Of a stretch of DNA of 64,000 nucleotides, positions 9,189 to 17,994 are shown piece by piece (within the stretch, counting starts at the first letter, position 1; every line of letters begins with the position of its first letter). The notes beneath the pieces were generated by a model, which made no database searches, had not been told where the DNA came from, and worked only from the letters and a program-made list of their open reading frames with translations. The translations under genes and the position numbers were made by a program. Source of the DNA: Chachezhania sediminis. GTDB taxonomy: Bacteria; Pseudomonadota; Alphaproteobacteria; Rhodobacterales; Rhodobacteraceae. The DNA is taken from NCBI RefSeq assembly GCF_009765275.1, contig NZ_VOPH01000004.1, positions 315,810 through 379,809 of the forward strand, read 5' to 3'.

Positions 9189-10766
9189 TCAGATGTTGAA
9201 GCCCGCGAAGCGAAGGCCCTGCAGGAACATCTCGCGGTGGTCGTCCCGCCGGAACGGGTAGGAGGCGATGATGGCATGCGGATCCAGCGTCTGGCCCAGA
9301 TCCGCCAGCCGCCGCGCGGCCGCCTGTGCCGCATCGCGGTTGCCGGTCAGGCCGGACAGGACCATCCGGCGCTGCAACGCGCGACCATAGGCCGGGTCCC
9401 AGCTTTGCGCCCGGGCCAGATGGTCGTCGGCCTCGGCCCAGTTGCCGTCCAGCATGTGCCACAGGCCCAGGTCCGCCTCGATCACCGCACGGTAGGGATA
9501 GACGGGATCGACGCGGCAGATCCGTTCCTGGTAGGTGCGCGCCTTGGTGGGATCGCCGGAAAAGCCTGTGATGCAGCCGCCGAAGTGATAGTTGATGGCG
9601 GCGCTGGGGTTCAGTTCCAGGGCCTTTTCCACGTGCAGCAGGGCGCGGTCATGGGTGCGGTTGGACCAGAGCTCGCCCACCGCGGTCAGCGCATGGGCGA
9701 TCCAGGCGGTCTGGTCCACTTCCAGCGCGCGACGGGCGGCCTCCAGCGTGGGCTGGAAGGCCTGGCCACTGTCGGCCACCGAAAATCCCGACATCGCCTG
9801 GTGAAAGCGGGACATCGCGATCAGCGTATAGGGCAGGACCCAGCCGGGCGCGTGATTGGCGGCCGCCGTGGCCAGTGCCTCGGCCTCGGACAGGACGTCG
9901 GGGTTGCGCTGGCTCAGAAGCCAGGCCGCCCGCATCGACATGTCCCAGGCGGTCAGGTCGGCGGGCGCCTTGTGCATGATCCGCCGCGCCTCGGCCCCTT
10001 CCAGTTCGGGCGAGACGGCGGTGGCGATCAGGGCTGCGACCTCTTCCTCCAGGTCCAGCACGCCTGCCACATCCTGCGCGATGCGGTCGGCCCAGATCTG
10101 GGTGTCGGTTTCGGTATCGGTCAGCGTGACCTGCACCTTCAGGCGATTGCCCAGGTTCCGGATCGATCCCGACACCAGATAGCGCGCCTTCAACGCCGCG
10201 CCGATATCGGCGGCGCTCAGGGGGCTGCCCCGAAACCGCGCGGCAGAGGTGTGGGCGATCACCGGGAAATAGCGCCAGGCAGACAGGGCCGCCGACAGTT
10301 CCATCGTCAGGCAGTCCGCCAGCGGCGATGGCCGCCCGTCGGATGTCAGGTCGTCGAAGGGCAGGACCGCCACGGCGGGCCGTTCGAAGCTGTCGGGTGC
10401 GGGCTGGGGCGACGTCGGTGCCAGCGCCGGCGTCTGTGCCGCGACGACGCCCGGCACGATCTTTTGCGCGGCGCCCACGAAGCGCAGGCCGCGGCGCTGG
10501 ATGGTGCGGATGTATTTCTGGGCCTTGCCATCGTCGCCGATGGCCTTGCGCGCATCGCGCACCCGGCTGGACAGGGCCGCGTCCGACACGATCCGGTCGC
10601 CCCAGATCCGGTCGAAGATTTCGTCCCGCGTCACGATCCGGTCGCCGGCCCCGACCAGCAGGTTCAGCAGATCGAAGACCTGCGGTTCGACCGGCACGAC
10701 CTGGCCTTCGCGCCGAAGCTCTGCCCTGTCGGCATCCAGTTCGAAATCGGCAAAGACATAGCGCAT
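9189..10766 (-). CDS. Transcriptional regulator: N-terminal CadC/OmpR-type winged-helix DNA-binding domain + C-terminal TPR-like region
   Basis: MRYVFADFELD...RIVTRDEIFDRIWGDRIVSDAALSSRVRDARKAIGD...YIRTIQRRGLRFVGA is a trans_reg_C winged helix. It is followed by about 400 aa of repeat-like helical sequence. The internal Met at 10764-10766 was chosen as start; the upstream ORF extension is low-complexity. Confidence 0.65.
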   Translation of the reverse strand: MRYVFADFELDADRAELRREGQVVPVEPQVFDLLNLLVGAGDRIVTRDEIFDRIWGDRIVSDAALSSRVRDARKAIGDDGKAQKYIRTIQRRGLRFVGAAQKIVPGVVAAQTPALAPTSPQPAPDSFERPAVAVLPFDDLTSDGRPSPLADCLTMELSAALSAWRYFPVIAHTSAARFRGSPLSAADIGAALKARYLVSGSIRNLGNRLKVQVTLTDTETDTQIWADRIAQDVAGVLDLEEEVAALIATAVSPELEGAEARRIMHKAPADLTAWDMSMRAAWLLSQRNPDVLSEAEALATAAANHAPGWVLPYTLIAMSRFHQAMSGFSVADSGQAFQPTLEAARRALEVDQTAWIAHALTAVGELWSNRTHDRALLHVEKALELNPSAAINYHFGGCITGFSGDPTKARTYQERICRVDPVYPYRAVIEADLGLWHMLDGNWAEADDHLARAQSWDPAYGRALQRRMVLSGLTGNRDAAQAAARRLADLGQTLDPHAIIASYPFRRDDHREMFLQGLRFAGFNI

Positions 10767-11013
10767 GGCGGCTCCACCCCGGGCCTGCGACAGGGCCGGT
10801 GGACGCAACGTAAACTCAATTCCGCGATCTGGGAACACATTTGGCTGCCCCGGGCGCGCAGACGGGGCTTTCCGGCGCGTTGCAGACAGAAACCACGGCT
10901 TCTCCCGCAATCTGCAGAGGTTCTGCAGATCTCCTCCAAGCAACGGAACCGGGGATGGGCGATCAGTTGGGTACTGATCCACCCTGAACGATCCGACCCA
11001 AGGAGAACCCACA

Positions 11014-11835
11014 ATGAACGTCGCAACCGCCCCCTTGCCCGATCTCGCCGCCGTCAAGGCCAGGCAACAGGCCACCTGGGCCACCGGTGACTATCCCGCC
11101 ATCGGCACCACGATCCAGATCGTAGGCGAAAACCTGGCCGAGGCCATGGACCTGCGCCCCGATGCCCGCGTCCTGGACGTGGCCGCCGGCAACGGCAACG
11201 CCACGCTGGCCGCCGCGCGCCGCGGCTGCAACGTCGTCTCGACCGATTACGTCACCGACTGGCTGAAGGCCGGCATGGCCCGGGCCGAGGCCGAAAAGCT
11301 GACCGTCGCCTTCCGCGAGGCCGATGCCGAAAACCTGCCCTTCGAGGATGGCTCCTTCGACGCGGTGATGTCGACCTTCGGCGTGATGTTCACGGCCGAC
11401 CAGGATACGGCCGCGGCGGAACTGCTGCGGGTCTGCCGGTCGGGCGGCAAGATCGGCCTTGCCAACTGGACGCCCCAGGGCTTCATCGGCCAGGTCTTCA
11501 AGACCATCGGCAAGCACGTCCCGCCGCCTGCCGGTCTGCGGTCCCCCGCCGAATGGGGCACCGAAGGCCGCCTGCGCGAACTCTTCGGCGCGCAGTCCCG
11601 CAAAATCGACGTTCGGCTGCGCGACTATACCTTCCGCCTGCGCTCGCCCGAATACTGGATCGAAAGCTGGAGCGTCGCCTACGGCCCCATGAACAAGGCC
11701 TTCCAGGCCGTGGGTGCCGACGGGCACAAGGCGCTGGCCGCCGACCTGATCGCGCTGGCCCGTGTCCATTCGTCCTGCGACCGGCAGATGATCGTCCCGG
11801 CACAATATGCCGAGATCGTGGTCCACAAGGCCTGA
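11014..11835 (+). CDS. Class I SAM-dependent methyltransferase
   Basis: Motif I VLDVAAGNGNATLAAARRG and post-I acidic residue. Divergent from the wHTH-TPR regulator. Confidence 0.75.
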   Translation: MNVATAPLPDLAAVKARQQATWATGDYPAIGTTIQIVGENLAEAMDLRPDARVLDVAAGNGNATLAAARRGCNVVSTDYVTDWLKAGMARAEAEKLTVAFREADAENLPFEDGSFDAVMSTFGVMFTADQDTAAAELLRVCRSGGKIGLANWTPQGFIGQVFKTIGKHVPPPAGLRSPAEWGTEGRLRELFGAQSRKIDVRLRDYTFRLRSPEYWIESWSVAYGPMNKAFQAVGADGHKALAADLIALARVHSSCDRQMIVPAQYAEIVVHKA

Positions 11836-11973
11836 CACCGGACCTGACAGGGCAGCCGGCCCTGCGTCCGGTCCTCTTCTGCCCGACCCCGGCGGCGATC
11901 CCGTTCCCCCAACCCCTCCCGGTCGCCGCCGGGCCTTTCCCCCAGATGCCCCATAGACGGAAGGAATGATGCC

Positions 11974-12357
11974 ATGACCACTGCCGTAACGCGTTCCCGT
12001 TCCCTGCCGCTGTTCGAGAAATACGGCGGCATCCGGATGCTTCGGAACGTGATCATGGACTTCTACGACCGCGTCCTGGACAGCGACACGCTGGGTCCCT
12101 ATTTCGACGATGTCGACATGACCCGGCTGATCGACCACCAGACCAAGTTCTTCGCCATGATGATGGGCGGTCCGGTCGACTTTTCCGACGACCGCCTGGC
12201 CCGGGCCCACGCGTCGATGGCCATCACCCATGCCGAATTCGACGAGATCGCGGCCCTTCTGACCGAGACGCTGACCGCCGCCGGGCTGGAGCCCGTCGAT
12301 ATCGTCACCATCCTGACCTCCGTAGAACGGCGGCGGTCCGTCATCGTCAGGAGATAG
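11974..12357 (+). CDS. Group I truncated haemoglobin (trHbN-like, 2/2 globin)
   Basis: LFEKYGGIRMLRNVIMDFYDRVLDSDTLGPYFDDVDMTRLIDHQTKFFAMMMGGP... matches the trHbN pattern (YDKIGG...VVEDFY.RVL.D..L..FF...M..L...Q..FF....GGP), including the B10 Tyr and the distal/proximal region. 127 aa. Confidence 0.8.
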   Translation: MTTAVTRSRSLPLFEKYGGIRMLRNVIMDFYDRVLDSDTLGPYFDDVDMTRLIDHQTKFFAMMMGGPVDFSDDRLARAHASMAITHAEFDEIAALLTETLTAAGLEPVDIVTILTSVERRRSVIVRR

Positions 12358-12361
12358 GCCG

Positions 12362-13402
12362 ATGTTTCCCGAAACGCTCAGCACCCGCCTTCTGAAATCC
12401 ATCGGCGTCGGTCTCTGCCTCCTGGACAGTGCCAGCCACCGGATCCTCTTCTGCAACAGGACCTTTCAGGGCTGGTTCCCCGACGCCGCCCCGGAAAGCC
12501 CCGTGGCCGCGGTCGTCGAAAGCCTGGGTCCCGAGGCGATGGAAGACGCCATCGCAAGCGGCCAGGTCGAGATCCGCGCCAAGGTCAGGCGCCGCACCCT
12601 GATCCTCGAGGCGCGCGTCGACCGGGCCGAACATGACGGCCGCCAGATGCTGATCCTGGAATGCCAGAACGTCTCGCGCCTGCGCGAGACGGAAGCCATG
12701 ATCGACAGCTACGCCGCCATGGTCGACCGCCGCACCCGCGACCTGGAACGCGAGAAGGTGCAGGTCGAAAAGCTCCTGCTGAACATCATGCCGCGCACGG
12801 TTTATGAGGAATACCGCAGCTTCGGTTCCGTCGCGCCACGCCTGTTCGAACCGGTCTCGGTCCTGATGCTGGACTTCGTGGGCTTCACCGACATGGCGGC
12901 GGCCGCGGACCCGACGGTCACGGTGGCGGAACTGAACGACCTCTTCACCGCCTTCGACCGGATCGGCGAAATGCACGGCTGCGAGCGGATCAAGACCATC
13001 GGCGATTGTTACCTGGCGGTGGCGGGCCTGCCGCATCCGAACCCGGACCACATGCTGTCGGCCGCCCGCTGCGCGGCCAAGATGGTGCGCTATCTCGAAC
13101 ACCGTAATCGCACCCACCAGCACAAGTGGCAGGCCCGGATCGGCCTGGCCTCGGGCTCGGTCGTGGGCTCGGTCGTCGGGATCCAGAAATACATCTACGA
13201 CGTCTTCGGCCCGGCCGTGAACCTGGCCGCGCGACTTCAGGACATTTCCGAACCGATGGAAATCACCGTCAGCGGCCCCATGATCCGCGAGCTGGAGCAG
13301 GAATTCGACCTCGCCTGTCTCCGCACTGAAACCCTGCGCGGCTTCGGCGACACCCAGATCGCCACGATGTCGGACCGCGCGCCCACCGCGGCCGTCGCCT
13401 GA
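12362..13402 (+). CDS. Class III adenylate/guanylate cyclase with N-terminal PAS-like sensor domain
   Basis: C-terminal cyclase catalytic core (VSVLMLDFVGFT, KTIGDCYLAVAGLP, FGPAVNLAARL). The first about 110 aa are PAS-like, followed by a coiled-coil. The AGGAG Shine-Dalgarno overlaps the end of the globin gene; the start is 4 nt after the globin stop. Confidence 0.8.
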   Translation: MFPETLSTRLLKSIGVGLCLLDSASHRILFCNRTFQGWFPDAAPESPVAAVVESLGPEAMEDAIASGQVEIRAKVRRRTLILEARVDRAEHDGRQMLILECQNVSRLRETEAMIDSYAAMVDRRTRDLEREKVQVEKLLLNIMPRTVYEEYRSFGSVAPRLFEPVSVLMLDFVGFTDMAAAADPTVTVAELNDLFTAFDRIGEMHGCERIKTIGDCYLAVAGLPHPNPDHMLSAARCAAKMVRYLEHRNRTHQHKWQARIGLASGSVVGSVVGIQKYIYDVFGPAVNLAARLQDISEPMEITVSGPMIRELEQEFDLACLRTETLRGFGDTQIATMSDRAPTAAVA

Positions 13403-13669
13403 CCCGCGCGCGTCCTCGGCACGGGCCGGTCGACGCCTTGGCGGCGTGCCGCCTCCGGCGGGAGTATTTTCGAAGAGAAGAAGCCAGGGGCGCGCTCCTG
13501 CTTCTCCTCTTTCCCAAATACCTCCGGGGGAGTCGCGCCAGGGGCGCGGCGGGGGCAGAGCCCCCGAACCACGCAGGGACTGCTGCGTCGCTGGAAGTTT
13601 CCGCGCAGGGCGGGGTTTGCCCCGCCGTTTGCGCAAGACGCGGGCCGGCGCGGCGGGGCGTACCCCGCG

Positions 13670-14455
13670 CTAGGCGATCTTGGCCGGCGCCGTGGGGACC
13701 GGCATCGCCTCGACCTGGCGCAACATGTCGATGAAGCCCGCGACCTGGTGATCGGCGGTGGCCGCCCCTTTCTCGGCCGTGGCCAGGGACGCGTCGCCCA
13801 CCGTGCCGTCCGGGTTCAGGTCGGACGCGATCCAGCCGCGGCTAATCGGGCCCGTGGGCGGGATCGGCATCGTCTCGGCCGCGGAGCGGAAGTTGACCGC
13901 CTTCGACATGTCCACCGTGTCAGGGCGGAATTCCAGCATCAGCGAGGTTTCGACATCGCCGCCATGGATACCGAAGCGCAGCTCGTGCGGTGTGTACATG
14001 CCGTCCGGGTGGCCGAAATTGCCCCACTGGCATTTGACCGCCAGCATCCCGGCCTCGACCCGGAGTTCCCGCGACAGGATCGAGATCAGGTCCAGGTTGC
14101 CGCCATGGGAATTCGCTATGACGATCTTCCGGACGCCGGCGCGGGCGACGGAGAGGCCAATCTCGGTCCATGCCGCCAGCGCCGTCGCGGCCGAAAGCGT
14201 CAGCGTTCCGGCGGCCCACAGATGTTCGTTCGACTTGCCGACCGCCATGATCGGCAGGATCGCCAGGTCCAGGTCCGCCGGGCAGGTGGCGCGCAGGCGG
14301 TTCAGCATGCCTTCCGCGATCAGCGTGTCGGTCCCCACCGGCAGGTGCGGCCCGTGCTGTTCCACCGCCGCCGTCGGCAGGATCGCGATGGTCTTCATCG
14401 GGTCCACGGCACCGAATTCGGGCGCGCGGCGCGCGGTCCAGTCCAGGGTTCTCAT
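13670..14455 (-). CDS. Creatininase-family amidohydrolase
   Basis: Creatinine amidohydrolase fold motifs (ILPTAAVEQHGPHLPVGTD, VIANSHGGN, HGGDVETS). Last gene of the overlapping operon; ATGA overlap with the upstream gene. Confidence 0.75.
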   Translation of the reverse strand: MRTLDWTARRAPEFGAVDPMKTIAILPTAAVEQHGPHLPVGTDTLIAEGMLNRLRATCPADLDLAILPIMAVGKSNEHLWAAGTLTLSAATALAAWTEIGLSVARAGVRKIVIANSHGGNLDLISILSRELRVEAGMLAVKCQWGNFGHPDGMYTPHELRFGIHGGDVETSLMLEFRPDTVDMSKAVNFRSAAETMPIPPTGPISRGWIASDLNPDGTVGDASLATAEKGAATADHQVAGFIDMLRQVEAMPVPTAPAKIA

Positions 14456-15372
14456 GGGGCGGGCTCCGTCTTGTAGGTCGCGTCGAGGCGCATCTGAAGA
14501 TAGTCGGCGCCGGTCACGGGCGGGTATTTGGCCGTACCGGTGCCGGGCAGGGCGGTGATCACGCTGTCGGGGTTCGGGTCCAGGAAAAAGGCGATGGACC
14601 GCCGCGCACGTTTCGGCGGCAGCACCCGATGGGGCGTCGAGACATAGATGTCGTTGGTCCAGCGCATCAGGCAATCGGCGATGTTGATCACGAAGGCGCC
14701 CGGCACATGGGGTACATCCACCCAGCCCTGCCCGCGGGGGCGGACCTGAAGCCCGGCCTCGCCATCCGTCATCAGCAGCGTGATCGAGCCATAGTCGGTA
14801 TGGGCGCCGGCGCCGATCTCGTTCGCCGCTCCGGTGCCGGGCGGGTAGGAGAGCAGGCGCAGCGTGGCCAGCGGCGCCGTGAAATGGGGGGCGAAAAAGT
14901 CTTCCTCCAGCCCCAGGTCGCGGGCGATGGCGCGGTGGATATCGACCCCCAGCGTCAGCACGGCGTCGAAATAGGCGGTCAGCGTCGTCCGGAAACCCGG
15001 CAGGTCGGGCCACAGGTTCACCCCCCGAAACCGTTCGCCCGCCACGACCCGCGGATCGTCGGCCGCAAGGTCGAGGCCGATGTTGAACGCTTCCTTCCGG
15101 TCGACCTGGTCGGAGCTGTCGTCCAGGTTCTCGCCCCCCGGCCCGGTCCAGCCGCGGTTGTGGGGGTTGCGGGCGATCGACATTTGCTCCTTTGCCGCGA
15201 CCGGCAGGGCAAACAGCGCATCGCCGGCGGCAAAGGTTCTTTCGATCAGCGCGTCGGGGATGCCGTGGCCGGTCAGCAGGAAGAACCCGGTTTCGCGGCA
15301 GGCCTCGCCCAGGCACGTGGTAAAGACATCCGGGTCGGTGGCGAAGGTGCTCCAGTCCAGGACGGGGATCAT
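14452..15372 (-). CDS. 2OG-Fe(II) oxygenase (isopenicillin-N-synthase-like)
   Basis: H-x-D...H facial triad (AHTDYGSITLL...HRV) and RxS. Start at the internal Met MIPVLDW, preceded by GGAGG. Confidence 0.75.
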   Translation of the reverse strand: MIPVLDWSTFATDPDVFTTCLGEACRETGFFLLTGHGIPDALIERTFAAGDALFALPVAAKEQMSIARNPHNRGWTGPGGENLDDSSDQVDRKEAFNIGLDLAADDPRVVAGERFRGVNLWPDLPGFRTTLTAYFDAVLTLGVDIHRAIARDLGLEEDFFAPHFTAPLATLRLLSYPPGTGAANEIGAGAHTDYGSITLLMTDGEAGLQVRPRGQGWVDVPHVPGAFVINIADCLMRWTNDIYVSTPHRVLPPKRARRSIAFFLDPNPDSVITALPGTGTAKYPPVTGADYLQMRLDATYKTEPAP

Positions 15373-15995
15373 GCGGCGGCCTCCTTCATTGATCGCCGGC
15401 CGGCCAGGAACCTGTCCAGCGTGCGGACGACGCGGGTCAGGTGCCGCGCCCGGCTGTCGGGGGTGGAACTGTCCATCCGGTAATGCGCGGCAAAGGCGGT
15501 GCGGCAGCGTTTGGCACACAGGATCCGCAGACCCCGCAGCAGCGTCCGCCGGCCCGGCGCGCCGATCAGCCGTGTCAGCCACCAGCTGGCGCCGCAGGTC
15601 GTGAAGACCGCCAGCCGGGTGATATGGGTCAGGCCCGGGCGGATGTCGCTATGTTCGGCGTCCGGCATCAGGAAGGCGCTGCCCGGCAGCAGCACCCGGT
15701 CCAGCCAGCCCTTCAGCATCGCCGGCATCCCGTACCACCAGGTCGGATAGACGAAGATCAGCGTGTCGCACCATTCCAGCGCCTGGACATGGTCCAGCAC
15801 ATGGGCCTTGCCCAGCGAACAGGCCAGGTAGGCCGCGTTTTCCGGCCCGTCCATCACCGGGTCGAAGCCTTCGGCGTAAAGGTCCAGCACCTCGACTTCG
15901 GCGCCCGCGGCATCCAGCCGGGCCAGGACGGTGGCCTTGATCGCGGCCGTGAAACTCTCCGGCCTCGGATGGCAGTAGACAACAAGGGCGCGCAT
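15369..15995 (-). CDS. NAD(P)H dehydrogenase (quinone)-like flavoprotein (flavodoxin-like fold)
   Basis: MRALVVYCHPRPESF...FVYPTWWYGMPAMLKGWLDRV is typical of the NQO1/FMN-reductase-like family. It is the C-terminal 208 aa of the 15369..16469 ORF. Confidence 0.7.
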   Translation of the reverse strand: MRALVVYCHPRPESFTAAIKATVLARLDAAGAEVEVLDLYAEGFDPVMDGPENAAYLACSLGKAHVLDHVQALEWCDTLIFVYPTWWYGMPAMLKGWLDRVLLPGSAFLMPDAEHSDIRPGLTHITRLAVFTTCGASWWLTRLIGAPGRRTLLRGLRILCAKRCRTAFAAHYRMDSSTPDSRARHLTRVVRTLDRFLAGRRSMKEAAA

Positions 15996-15997
15996 GG

Positions 15998-16576
15998 TCA
16001 GAGCACTTCCATCTCGTGCCGGACCTTCGCCTGGAAGGCCGCGCGTTTTGCGTCGCTGGCGCGGTTCATGTCGTAAAGCGCCAGGTACTTCATCTTGTCG
16101 GGCCGGGTCGAATGCCAGACCGCGCGGGTCACCGACCGGCGCGGCGGATCGCCCGCGGTGAAGGCCCGCCAGCGGGTGCCGCCATAGGTGGTGACCGCCA
16201 CCAGCGTCTTGATGTTGTCGAGGTTGGGCACGACCTTGCCGTCTTCCAGCCGGAACGACACGCCCGGCAGGAAGACCTTGTCGAAGAACCCTTTCAGGAT
16301 CGCCGGATAGCCGAAGTTCCAGACCGGGAAGGACAGGATCAGCGCATCCGCCGCCCGCAGCCGTTCGACATAGCCCGCCACCCGCGTCTGGTTGGTCTGC
16401 ACGTCGTGATAGCTGCGCCGGTCCTCGGCCGACATCACCGGATCGAAGCCTTCGGCGTTCAGGTCGCAATCGTCGACCTCCCAGCCGCGGCCCTGCAGCG
16501 TTTCGACGATCGTCGTGTGCAGCGCCGCGCCGTAACTTTCCGGCACCGGGTGGGCAAAGAGAACAAGGGCTTTCAT
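15998..16576 (-). CDS. NAD(P)H dehydrogenase (quinone)-like flavoprotein, tandem paralogue
   Basis: MKALVLFAHPVPESY...FPVWNFGYPAILKGFFDKV is paralogous to the downstream gene. Confidence 0.7.
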   Translation of the reverse strand: MKALVLFAHPVPESYGAALHTTIVETLQGRGWEVDDCDLNAEGFDPVMSAEDRRSYHDVQTNQTRVAGYVERLRAADALILSFPVWNFGYPAILKGFFDKVFLPGVSFRLEDGKVVPNLDNIKTLVAVTTYGGTRWRAFTAGDPPRRSVTRAVWHSTRPDKMKYLALYDMNRASDAKRAAFQAKVRHEMEVL

Positions 16577-16586
16577 CTGGGGGCCC

Positions 16587-17987
16587 TCATGCCGGTTTCG
16601 TCATGTCGGGATAGTGGTACATGCCCGCATAGTCGAAATCCGGGTTGTCCCAGCCGATCATCTTGCCGGGGTTCAGAAGGCCCTTGGGATCCGCCTCGCG
16701 CTTGAAGGCCAGCTGGGTGTCGTCGGTCATCTGGCGGCCGCCTTCCTCCAGCGTGTAGCGGTGCGGGTTGAAGATCAGGGCGCCGGCCTCTTCATGCAGC
16801 GCGATGATCTCGTTCAGGCGCTCCTCGGTCGTGTATTTCACCAGCGTCAGCCCGGCAAAGGCCGCCTTGCCGCCGGACCGCATGACCTCCAGGTGCTGCA
16901 GGATCTCGGGCGAGAATTTCGCGCGGATCTTTTCCACCAGTTCCTTGTGGTCGGGGAAGGCATAGCGGACCTGAAGATAGGTGATCGACGGATCGACCTT
17001 CAGCGCGCGCAGGGTGGTGTGGTTCCAGCCGTATTCGAACACCTTGCCCGGCCCCTTGGGCCAGTCGTGATCGTCGGACCGGTAGATCATCCTGGCCGCC
17101 GGACGCCGGCCCAGGAAGGTCAGGAACCCGTCCATGTTCTGCGGCGCCACCATCAGGCCCACAAGGTGCGTGCCTTCGGTGACATGGGGCTTCACCCGCT
17201 GGAAATAGTCATGTGCGATGGGCGCCTCGTAGACCGACGCGATCTTCAGAAGGATCCCGTCCTCGTTCGCGATGTCGTCGGCAAAGCTCATCGCCGCGCC
17301 GAAATCGTCGAAGGCCACGAAGATGTCGGTCCAGTCATAGGCCGGGGCCAGCGGCATCTCCAGTTCGGTGATGATGCCGTTGGTGCCGTAGGCGTGGCTG
17401 ACGCGGGCCAGTTCCTCGCCCTTGAATTCCAGGATCCGTGGCTCGGCTTCCATCGTCACGACCCGCAGGCGGATGATGTTGCCCAGATCGCGCAGCGCGC
17501 CCCAGGTCACCGACCCTACGCCGCCCGATCCGCCCGCGATGAAACCGCCGATGGTCGCCGTCGCCCAGGTGGACGACACCATGCGCAGTTCCTGACCGGA
17601 ATGCGCGATTGTGGCGGCATCCAGATCCTTCAGCAGGCAGCCCGGCTCCACGACGACGCGACCCGGTGCGATTTCCTTCACTGCCGTCATGTGGCGCAGG
17701 TGCATGACGCAGCCGCCCCGCATCGGCATGGCCTGGCCATAGTTGCCCGTGCCGGCCCCCCGCGTGGTGACGGGGACGTCATGGGCATAGCAGACCTTCA
17801 GGATCTCGATCACCTCGGCCTCGGTCCGGGGGCGGACGACGAAATCCGCCTCCAGGTGGTCCATGTGTTCCTTCAGCACGGGCGAGTACCAGAAGAAGTC
17901 CCGGCTGGCGGCCTTGATGCCTGCGGGGCTCTGTTCGATGTCCAGATGGGCCAGCGCGGCCTTGGCTCCGGCGATATCGGCAGTCAT
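16587..17987 (-). CDS. FAD-linked oxidase (FAD_binding_4 / GlcD-type)
   Basis: FAD-binding PCMH domain (VVRPRTEAEVIEILKVCYAHDVPVTTRGAGTG), 466 aa. Confidence 0.75.
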   Translation of the reverse strand: MTADIAGAKAALAHLDIEQSPAGIKAASRDFFWYSPVLKEHMDHLEADFVVRPRTEAEVIEILKVCYAHDVPVTTRGAGTGNYGQAMPMRGGCVMHLRHMTAVKEIAPGRVVVEPGCLLKDLDAATIAHSGQELRMVSSTWATATIGGFIAGGSGGVGSVTWGALRDLGNIIRLRVVTMEAEPRILEFKGEELARVSHAYGTNGIITELEMPLAPAYDWTDIFVAFDDFGAAMSFADDIANEDGILLKIASVYEAPIAHDYFQRVKPHVTEGTHLVGLMVAPQNMDGFLTFLGRRPAARMIYRSDDHDWPKGPGKVFEYGWNHTTLRALKVDPSITYLQVRYAFPDHKELVEKIRAKFSPEILQHLEVMRSGGKAAFAGLTLVKYTTEERLNEIIALHEEAGALIFNPHRYTLEEGGRQMTDDTQLAFKREADPKGLLNPGKMIGWDNPDFDYAGMYHYPDMTKPA

Positions 17988-17994
17988 GTCGTCC

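Noticed and set aside
9237-11090. 617-aa plus-strand ORF
   Set aside because: Antisense shadow of the wHTH-TPR regulator gene. Gly/Arg-rich with no motifs.
12347-13636. 429-aa minus-strand ORF overlapping the cyclase
   Set aside because: Antisense to a cyclase with clear catalytic motifs. Arg/Gly/Ala low-complexity.
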